Shown here piece by piece: positions 1 through 6,595 of a stretch of DNA of 64,000 nt. This DNA is from a virus. The position numbers and the translations under genes were made by a program. The stretch lies in IMG/VR virus record IMGVR_UViG_3300050034_000334; one strand, written 5' to 3'. The notes under the pieces are model-generated. The model was given only the letters and a program-made list of their open reading frames with translations. It did not search any database and was not told where the DNA came from. How positions within the stretch are numbered: the stretch's first letter is position 1; each line of letters opens with the position of its first letter.

Positions 1-2
1 AA

Positions 3-248
3 GACGGAGAAGAACGATCCAAAGCCACCTATTCCGATGGAACTCCTTGGGTTGGAGATTACTGCAGTTCCGAAGATGCTCTCAAATTGGAGGAGTGTCT
101 ACTACAAGTTCTCAACTTCATGGAAAATCCAGCGATAGGCACTTGGCCTTATATGGAAGGCACTGGATTTTACGACGACCTTGCCAAGCAGAAGAAGGCG
201 ATCCGTAATGTACTGACCGATGTAAGAAAGATTGTGTTCAAGGGATGA
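3..248 (+). CDS. hypothetical protein, 5'-truncated by window edge
   Basis: Frame 3 is open from the window start (DGEERSKATYSDG...KIVFKG) to TGA at 246-248, 3 nt before the next ATG. Confidence 0.6.
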   Translation, partial: DGEERSKATYSDGTPWVGDYCSSEDALKLEECLLQVLNFMENPAIGTWPYMEGTGFYDDLAKQKKAIRNVLTDVRKIVFKG

Positions 249-251
249 ATC

Positions 252-473
252 ATGGCCGAATGGAACCAGTGTTTCTATTGTGGACGCACACTGAAGAACC
301 GCAGAGAAATCACCGCAGATCACGTGGAACCGAGTTCGATCGGAGGAGAGAAAATGGTGACCTCGTGTCGTGAATGTAACAACGCGAAGGGGTTTGAAAC
401 GCTGGATTGGTTTCGCGAGTTTTTAGGGGTAGAAAGATTCTTCGGAGAAAAGCGTGGATGGAAATCGTGGTAA
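252..473 (+). CDS. small HNH endonuclease
   Basis: CFYCG...TADHVEP..GG....VTSCRECNNAKG is the canonical HNH zinc-finger motif. Confidence 0.85.
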   Translation: MAEWNQCFYCGRTLKNRREITADHVEPSSIGGEKMVTSCRECNNAKGFETLDWFREFLGVERFFGEKRGWKSW

Positions 474-641
474 TCAGTTTGACGTTACTCGCCCCTATCC
501 ACGATCTGCTCTTCGTAACTTAGCAGATGAGCTCGAGCGGGAAGTGGGATCAAATGAAGCGTGACGAACATGAGATGCGCGAGTGGATCGTGGGTTTCAA
601 CTAACCCAGGAGTATTATAGGCCAATGGAGAGTGCCTTAAT

Positions 642-1292
642 ATGCTCATTGAGAAGTTCTTTGAACTAGCACCGAACCCCAACCAGGTCGAGGTCACAGC
701 TGTCCTCTCAAAACTGCTGACTCAGTACAGTGCACCCCATCGTCACTACCACAATCTCATCCATCTTGAATGCGGACTGCACACCTATTTCATGATGTAC
801 AGCAAGATCGATGTCACCGATTTCTTCGCATGGGCATATCACGATGTGGTGTACCATCCTCTCGATTCCGACAATGAGAACAAGAGTGCCGGATACTTCC
901 TCAAGGATTCTGTCGCGCTGGGATTCAACATCGCTAAGAAGGAACAGTGGGAAGTGGCTGATGTGATCTCCAATAAGATCCTTGAGACGGCTCATGCATC
1001 GAAGAGTCACTCTTTTGTGAATGACATGGACCTGTCAACCTTGGGCATGGACAAGAGTCAGTACGAGCATTATGCTGATCTCATCCGGCAAGAATACGTT
1101 CCTCCTCTTGCCGAAGAAGCCTTCATTCTTGGAAGAATCCAAGTATTGGAGCGACTGCTGTCTGATGAACACAGTCCAATTTTCTGGGACAGAGAGTTCA
1201 AGGACAAATTCGAGGATCAGGCACGGATAAACATGAGTGTGGAAGTAGCCCAGTTGCAACTCAAGAAAGCTGCAATATCGGAGAAAGTGTGA
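642..1292 (+). CDS. HD-superfamily metal-dependent phosphohydrolase (COG4339-like)
   Basis: YSAPHRHYHNLIH, AYHDVVY, DNENKSA, DMDLSTLG and IRQEY motifs; GGAG RBS upstream. Confidence 0.85.
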   Translation: MLIEKFFELAPNPNQVEVTAVLSKLLTQYSAPHRHYHNLIHLECGLHTYFMMYSKIDVTDFFAWAYHDVVYHPLDSDNENKSAGYFLKDSVALGFNIAKKEQWEVADVISNKILETAHASKSHSFVNDMDLSTLGMDKSQYEHYADLIRQEYVPPLAEEAFILGRIQVLERLLSDEHSPIFWDREFKDKFEDQARINMSVEVAQLQLKKAAISEKV

Positions 1293-1299
1293 GGGAAAG

Positions 1300-2421
1300 A
1301 TGGGGAAAGCAAAAGTAACACCGAAGTACCAGCAGTATCTTGGAATCGTCCGAGATCACTCCGGCTCGATGAGTCATCTTGCTCACGCGGCGGCCAAGGA
1401 TTACAACACCATCATCGAGGCTCTGAAAGGCGCGGCAGAGTCCAACGGCGTGAACTCGAATGTATGCGTCGTTCGCTGTGGAGTGGGTCATAGCGGCACC
1501 TTCAACTTCGAGAACCTGAACACTCCTCTCAAGGAAATCCAGCCGGTGGTCAACTACCAGACCGATGGCGGATGGACTCCTCTGTTCGATAGCGTGAACT
1601 CTGCCATCGACCAGGTCTCAATGAATGCTGACTCCGACTCCATGCCTGACGCCTCCTTCCTCGTCATGGCAATCACTGACGGAGTGGACAACAAGTCCGC
1701 GATGACGGCCTCTGGTCTGGCGAATCGCATTCAGTCCTTGCAGACCACCGACAAGTGGACCTTCGTGTTCCGTGTTCCTATGGGATCCAAGAGGAGACTG
1801 GTCAATCTGGGTATCCCTGAGGGCAACATCCTCGAGTGGGTTCAGACTGTTCAGGGCCTCGAAGAGTCATCGGTCAAGACTGTGGCTGCTGTGTGGACCT
1901 ACATGGATGAGCAGAGCAGGGGCATCACATCCACTCGCAGCTTCTATGCAAACCTGGACGACGTGAAGCCGGCAGAGGTTCGCAAGGAGATGACCAACAT
2001 CACTGCGAAGGTCAAGTTCTTCAAGGTCGGCAAGCCCAAGCTCGTTATCGGAGTTTCCACCGGCTCCTATCCGACTTACTCCGTTCGCGACTTCATGGAG
2101 CGCAGGACTCGGAGACCCTATCAGCCTGGTTCGGCCTTCTACCAGTTGACCAAGAGCGAGATTGTTCAGGAGTACAAGCAGATCGCCATTCGGAACAAGA
2201 AGTCCTTGGCTGTCTACGTTGGCTCTGAGGCTCGTGAGTTGCTGGGCATCCCCACGGTAGGCAGCATCCGGTTGAAGCCTGGAAAGACGAAGGAGTTCAC
2301 CATCTTCATCCAGTCAACCTCCTACAATCGGGTGCTCGTTACTGGGACGGAAGCCATGTACTACAAGGGTGCGACCTATCAACCCCGGTTGCGCTTCAAG
2401 AAAGCTGTCGCCGCCGCATGA
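1300..2421 (+). CDS. von Willebrand factor A (vWA) domain protein
   Basis: MIDAS-type motifs IVRDHSGSM, TPLFDS and MAITDGVDN; GAGG RBS. Confidence 0.85.
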   Translation: MGKAKVTPKYQQYLGIVRDHSGSMSHLAHAAAKDYNTIIEALKGAAESNGVNSNVCVVRCGVGHSGTFNFENLNTPLKEIQPVVNYQTDGGWTPLFDSVNSAIDQVSMNADSDSMPDASFLVMAITDGVDNKSAMTASGLANRIQSLQTTDKWTFVFRVPMGSKRRLVNLGIPEGNILEWVQTVQGLEESSVKTVAAVWTYMDEQSRGITSTRSFYANLDDVKPAEVRKEMTNITAKVKFFKVGKPKLVIGVSTGSYPTYSVRDFMERRTRRPYQPGSAFYQLTKSEIVQEYKQIAIRNKKSLAVYVGSEARELLGIPTVGSIRLKPGKTKEFTIFIQSTSYNRVLVTGTEAMYYKGATYQPRLRFKKAVAAA

Positions 2422-2756
2422 TCACAAAAGTCAGCATGATCAGGGAGTACAAGAAGGTCGTCCGGGAGTGCAAGGCTGAACTCAAGAATTGCTCTCCTGA
2501 CGACTTGGGCATACCGGCCATCCAGGGGAACATGGCGGCGGCTGAACATTGGATCAAGTTCCTCTCTGACCCGGATGTACCTGAACAGGGCGATCCGGAA
2601 TTCGATGCAAAGATGGCGAAGCTGAAAGTCAGGGATGCTGCTCGAGCCAGAGAGTCCAAACTCGTCAAGAGGGCGGCGGCCAAGGCGGCTGCAAAAGCTG
2701 CCAAGGCGGCTGCAAAAGCTGCCAAGGCCAAGAAGAAGTCAGTCACAGTGGGATAA
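2418..2756 (+). CDS. hypothetical protein with Ala/Lys-rich histone-H1-like tail
   Basis: ATGA overlap with upstream gene; C-terminus AAAKAAAKAAKAAAKAAKAKKK. Confidence 0.75.
   Translation: MITKVSMIREYKKVVRECKAELKNCSPDDLGIPAIQGNMAAAEHWIKFLSDPDVPEQGDPEFDAKMAKLKVRDAARARESKLVKRAAAKAAAKAAKAAAKAAKAKKKSVTVG
2679..2728 (+). repeat. 21-bp tandem coding repeat (about 2.4 copies)
   Basis: GCCAAGGCGGCTGCAAAAGCT twice, followed by GCCAAGGC. Confidence 0.9.
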
Positions 2757-2975
2757 CGAATCCTTCACGGATTTCAGTTCTCCCATCAGGACTTGTTCAC
2801 GCTGTGTGAGTAGAGTGCGATTGAGTTCTGCTGCTCGGATCTTCTCTTCTTCCAGAACACGAATGGGCTGGCCTTCCACGGTCAGCCCTGAAAGATGAGC
2901 AAGTGCCTTACAGATAAGATTGAGGTCTTTGCTGGTGAATTCCAGGGAGTACTGTGCTAGTGCTGAGATCTTCAT
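2739..2975 (-). CDS. hypothetical protein
   Basis: 78-aa ORF with GAGGA RBS before ATG. Confidence 0.65.
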   Translation of the reverse strand: MKISALAQYSLEFTSKDLNLICKALAHLSGLTVEGQPIRVLEEEKIRAAELNRTLLTQREQVLMGELKSVKDSLSHCD

Positions 2976-3276
2976 TTTTGTATCCTCTACCTTCTAGGGT
3001 GTGAGAACAGCGATCCGTTACGCCATCAGCAAAAATAATTCTTCTCAGACCCTTTATTTTTCCCAGTAACCGAGTAACAATCAGAGTGGCACCAAGAGGT
3101 ACACGAGTGGATTGAGGTTGGTCATACAGAAATGTGGACTGACTACGCTTGTGCTTGTGGTGCTCGTCATGAGTGCGATCATCTAGGATGCAACGATCCT
3201 GAAAATTGTCCGATCAGGATTATTACTCAAAACGAGAAGAAAGTAGTATACTGTTGAAGTGGAAATCGGTAACATT

Positions 3277-3300
3277 CGACTGAGACTGAGATTGAGATTG
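3277..3300 (+). promoter_or_regulatory. tandem hexamer array abutting the RBS (putative translational operator)
   Basis: CGACTG AGACTG AGATTG AGATTG directly before AAAGGA and the ATG at 3315; TATACT -10-like box at 3247-3252. Confidence 0.6.
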
Positions 3301-3314
3301 AAAGGAAAAGCAAC

Positions 3315-4100
3315 ATGCCAAAGCTCCACGAACTGCTGGCTGTCCAGGGAAACTTGAGCGGACAGTCTACCAAGCTGAGAACTGATCTGTCGGTGCTCTT
3401 CAAGAGCAAGAAGCACCACTTCACGGAGACCACGAAGATCTTCATCTCCAGTGAAGAGGGAACTGCGAAGGAACCAGTTCTCGAAGATCAGCAGAACATT
3501 CAGACCACGGTTCTCAAGGAGATCACGTGGATTTGCCCACATCTGGCCAAGTCTCTCGATGTGGCGTTCCAAGTCGACATGGCCAACACCAAGGCGGCTG
3601 CTGACGTCATTCCCGAGGAAGGCGAAGAGCCTCTTCTGCGTAACATTCCAGCGACCACTCTCCTGCAGTTGGAGAAGAGGGTTGTGGAGTGGAAGGCCAT
3701 GATCGCAGACATCCCCACCCTGGACCCTGCGAAGGGTTTCGAGGTTGATCCGAACCACCGGGAAGCCAAGCAGGGCAAGGGCATCTACAAGGCTCGCGAA
3801 GTCAAGAAGCCTCGTACGCGCAAGGTCAAGGAAATCATCACGCTGTCGCCGGCAACGGACAAGTTCGCGGCCAACGTCCAGGTGTATGATGCTGACAAGA
3901 CCATCGGCCAGACTCAGGAAACTGAGTGGAGTTCCATGATCACCCCGGCTCTCAAGGCGGATTTGCTGGATCGAGTGGAGACGCTGTTTCGTGCCGTGAC
4001 CAAGGCTCGCGCCAAGGCCAACGAGTACTCCCTTGAGTCCAAGGAAAAGATTGGTTCCACGCTGTTGGAGTACGTTTTCCAGCCGCTGCTTGGAGCCTAA
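3315..4100 (+). CDS. uncharacterised helical/coiled-coil protein (resembles the family I recall as DUF7873), candidate partner of the downstream ncRNA
   Basis: KLHELLAV..., NTKAAADV, IPATTLLQLEK, IPTLDPA, RTRKV, WSSMI, LLDRVETL..AV.KAR.KAN pattern; family name is from memory and needs an HMM check. Confidence 0.8.
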   Translation: MPKLHELLAVQGNLSGQSTKLRTDLSVLFKSKKHHFTETTKIFISSEEGTAKEPVLEDQQNIQTTVLKEITWICPHLAKSLDVAFQVDMANTKAAADVIPEEGEEPLLRNIPATTLLQLEKRVVEWKAMIADIPTLDPAKGFEVDPNHREAKQGKGIYKAREVKKPRTRKVKEIITLSPATDKFAANVQVYDADKTIGQTQETEWSSMITPALKADLLDRVETLFRAVTKARAKANEYSLESKEKIGSTLLEYVFQPLLGA

Positions 4101-4421
4101 CGAGTTGGGTGGACCCGAGAGGGTCAATCCAGGCTAAGACTAACACTCAGGTGTTTTGGCCTCCCCTCAAAGGGAGTAACCCCAAGACACCTGATCAGAC
4201 TAAGGCTCAATCCGGCTTCGGAAACCGGACTTAGGCTTTCACCCAAAGGCTCATCGCGGAGGTAACGATAGTCAATCTAGCAGAACCGACTCTTCAGAGG
4301 TCGCTGGTTCGAATCCGGTAGGAGGCCCCACAAAAATTCATGCCTCCTTAGCTCAGCGGTAGAGCATCTGACTAAGACTTATGGTTCTGAGATGAAAGAC
4401 GAGACGTTTTCCGCACCCAAC
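4101..4421 (+). ncRNA. ~320-nt structured ncRNA containing a circularly permuted tRNA-like domain (YrlA-like topology)
   Basis: Terminal stem GTTGGGTG(4104-4111)/CACCCAAC(4414-4421); hairpins GACCC-GAGA-GGGTC, TCAGGTGTTTTGG/CCAAGACACCTGA, TCCGG/CCGGA and CAGAACC/GGTTCTG; embedded tRNA halves at 4294-4330 and 4342-4373. Confidence 0.85.
4294..4373 (+). other. permuted tRNA-like element (3' half, CCA, 11-nt linker, 5' half)
   Basis: TCAGA GGTC GCTGG-TTCGAAT-CCGGT AGGAGGC C CCA, then CAAAAATTCAT, then GCCTCCT TA GCTC-AGCGGTA-GAGC A TCTGA CT; acceptor, D, T and anticodon stems all pair, with no closed anticodon loop. Confidence 0.9.
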
Positions 4422-4449
4422 ATTATCGACTCGATATCGATGATACTTG

Positions 4450-4477
4450 GCGCCAGTCGCGTGGTAGCGGCTGGCGC
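4450..4477 (+). terminator. GC-rich hairpin closing the ncRNA locus (terminator or processing stem)
   Basis: GCGCCAGTCGC-GTGGTA-GCGGCTGGCGC 11-bp stem; no U tract. Confidence 0.5.
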
Positions 4478-4498
4478 GTCAGTGTAAGGAGACAGATT

Positions 4499-4690
4499 AT
4501 GCTAGGTCCAGCGTTCTACCTTCACGTCAAACACGCCACCAACGACACCTGGGTGCAAGTTGGCCCGAACCCCACTCATTGGGGTTTCTTCCACTTCAAG
4601 GAATCGGTAGAGAGCATGGAAAAGCTCTTCAAGTCTCTCGGTCTTGAAACCAGGATTGAAGAGTTCCAGACAGACTACGACGACAGATGA
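4499..4690 (+). CDS. hypothetical protein
   Basis: 63-aa ORF with AAGGAG RBS. Confidence 0.7.
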   Translation: MLGPAFYLHVKHATNDTWVQVGPNPTHWGFFHFKESVESMEKLFKSLGLETRIEEFQTDYDDR

Positions 4691-4861
4691 TCACTTGAAG
4701 CGATCTCTCTGAAGACGAATCAGTCGGGTAATCAGCAAGTCCAGTCTATCCATAATTGGAGTTGGAACATTGTCTCTATGTGGTAGATCTTGGACTTCTT
4801 CGTGAAGAACGTCGAAATCGTGTAACAATACCTTTGCTTCTTCTTGATCCTCTACTCTCAT
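4691..4861 (-). CDS. small hypothetical protein (not in ORF track)
   Basis: Manual translation MRVEDQEEAKVLLHDFD...RLQRDRFK (56 aa) fills the gap exactly. Confidence 0.55.
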   Translation of the reverse strand: MRVEDQEEAKVLLHDFDVLHEEVQDLPHRDNVPTPIMDRLDLLITRLIRLQRDRFK

Positions 4862-4876
4862 GATGTCACCCGTTCC

Positions 4877-5365
4877 CTAGAAGGAATATGGGAGATGAAA
4901 GGTGTCTATGAGTCCTGGTGTTCCTGACGCCACTCTTTCCAGAATCTCTTCAGCACCAGGTTCGTATAGACTCCATCCCATTGTGTTTGATTCATGGTCA
5001 GCGATCGTGTTTGCTGCTCGATTTGGGGAGTACTCCATGAGCAACTTGTTAGGAACTTTCAAGTTCAGCAGTTGGAAAAGTCGAGGAGAAACCGGATACG
5101 GAATTGGAAGACTGTCTGATTTACGAATCATTGCCATAATTCTTTTTGCACATCTTGAGACCAGTTTCTTGTAGACAACACGATCCACCTGATCGAAGGG
5201 CAGCTGATAGAATCTCCCGTCGTACATATTGTGTTTCACGTATTGGACAAACCCATCCTCGTCAAACTCATCAATTATCCTGGCGAGTTCTGGACTCCAA
5301 TCCGCCAGAGTACCTGAGTGTTCGATCTTGGACTTCTTCAGCAAAATGCTGTGGAAATTACTCAC
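4877..5365 (-). CDS. hypothetical protein with FxSxLL-type leader
   Basis: Likely GTG start at 5365 overlapping the upstream gene end, preceded by GGAGG; begins MSNFHSILLKKS. Confidence 0.65.
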   Translation of the reverse strand: MSNFHSILLKKSKIEHSGTLADWSPELARIIDEFDEDGFVQYVKHNMYDGRFYQLPFDQVDRVVYKKLVSRCAKRIMAMIRKSDSLPIPYPVSPRLFQLLNLKVPNKLLMEYSPNRAANTIADHESNTMGWSLYEPGAEEILERVASGTPGLIDTFHLPYSF

Positions 5366-5651
5366 TGGCTGCCTCCAGCTTGCTCTTGTTTGCATAGGCA
5401 TCCAGCCAAGCATTCATCACATCGTCAAGTGTATATCCTTTTTTGATCTCACATTTGGTGAGAGTAGGAGTTGTCCCGACAAAATTGCATTTGCAGGTGG
5501 CAATCTGCTCTCCAGTTGGCTTGTACAGAGTCAGGCTGCTGGGTAGAGTAGGCTGTACCACGGGAGCCTTCTGAACGAAGACTGGCTTGACCACCGGCTG
5601 GCTGGCGTGGATTGGGATGCTCAGTATAAGCGCAAGCAAGAAATGCTGCAT
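5358..5651 (-). CDS. secreted or periplasmic hypothetical protein
   Basis: Signal-peptide-like MQHFLLALILSIPIHA; AAGGAGG RBS. Confidence 0.7.
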   Translation of the reverse strand: MQHFLLALILSIPIHASQPVVKPVFVQKAPVVQPTLPSSLTLYKPTGEQIATCKCNFVGTTPTLTKCEIKKGYTLDDVMNAWLDAYANKSKLEAASE

Positions 5652-6532
5652 AGGGCGGCCTCCTTATGGGCTGATTTCTCCTTCATTTGTTCACTCTTCT
5701 TCCTTCTAGCTTCTGCATTCCACTGCTTGATCGCTATTTCCTTCTGTTTTAGTCTCATCTCAGGAGTGTAACTAAGCAAGTTACCTCTAGTCCAGCCTCT
5801 AGAGAGATAACTATCCAATTCTTCTTTTAGAATTTTCTTCAATTTTCCTTCCCTATTGACAAGTACACCAGTGCCTCTGAGAGAAGTACCACGTTTCCAG
5901 CCTTCCTGTAAGTATGAGTTCAAACTGGTCTGAGGGATTCTCTCCGTTAGGCTTCCTCTAGTGACTAACACCGTGCTCTTCATCTTCTCATGGATAACCT
6001 GAAGAGCACCCTTGGCAGCTTTGCTACTCTTGATGATTTTGCTTTGTCGTACTCTGACCTCTGGATCAGCAAAGTATCGCTTGATCCTGTCACTTTGGAC
6101 CTTTCTCTTTTCCGGATCTTGAAAATACTCGGTATTCTTACGTCTAAGAGTAGAGAGAGCTTGTTCAGTGTGATGATATCCTGAAATTCCTTCTCCTCCC
6201 TTTGTTAGATTGTACCCAAATCTAGAGTCAAATGTCTTTAGAGTAGCAATGAAGTGAACTTCCATTTCATTTAGTTCGGAAATAGGTCCTGAACCCAGTA
6301 TGGCAACTTCAAAGTTTTCTCTTCCGTGTTTCTTCACTGCATTTCGAAAGTACACCGTACAGAAACCTAGTTTCTTCAAGCACAAACCATGCCTTTCAGC
6401 CAAGGTTCTTTCTGTCTTCCCCACGTAGATTTTACCACTTTGGATATGTCTAAAACCGTACACGACGTTACTGATATTCCAGATTTCACTGGTACTGAGA
6501 ACAGGTATCCAGACAGGGTCATTGATGATCAT
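5621..6532 (-). CDS. GIY-YIG homing endonuclease (Seg-like)
   Basis: VVYGF...IYVGKT..TLAERH, NEMEVHFI, GYNLTKGGEG and NUMOD3-like tail; AT-rich; start inferred at MIIND after AGAAAGG. Confidence 0.85.
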   Translation of the reverse strand: MIINDPVWIPVLSTSEIWNISNVVYGFRHIQSGKIYVGKTERTLAERHGLCLKKLGFCTVYFRNAVKKHGRENFEVAILGSGPISELNEMEVHFIATLKTFDSRFGYNLTKGGEGISGYHHTEQALSTLRRKNTEYFQDPEKRKVQSDRIKRYFADPEVRVRQSKIIKSSKAAKGALQVIHEKMKSTVLVTRGSLTERIPQTSLNSYLQEGWKRGTSLRGTGVLVNREGKLKKILKEELDSYLSRGWTRGNLLSYTPEMRLKQKEIAIKQWNAEARRKKSEQMKEKSAHKEAALCSISCLRLY

Positions 6533-6595
6533 TGTGAATGCCTTTCTACTTATGAATCCGGTAGTCGAAAGACCAAACATTGGAAGACGAAAGTC

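Noticed and set aside
1300..2421. Ro60/TROVE partner for the Y-like RNA
   Set aside because: The vWA domain is N-terminal and there is no helical TROVE domain before it
3277..3300. CRISPR array or simple microsatellite
   Set aside because: Only 6-nt units with no spacers; no CRISPR repeat-spacer array or cas gene was seen anywhere in the window
4294..4373. Conventional tRNA gene or two adjacent tRNA fragments
   Set aside because: The halves are in reverse order, are fully complementary to each other and lack a closed anticodon loop, so no anticodon can be assigned
4101..4421. Two-piece tmRNA or group I intron
   Set aside because: No G3-U70 pair, a full D stem is present, no tag reading frame is evident and no group I P7 core was recognised
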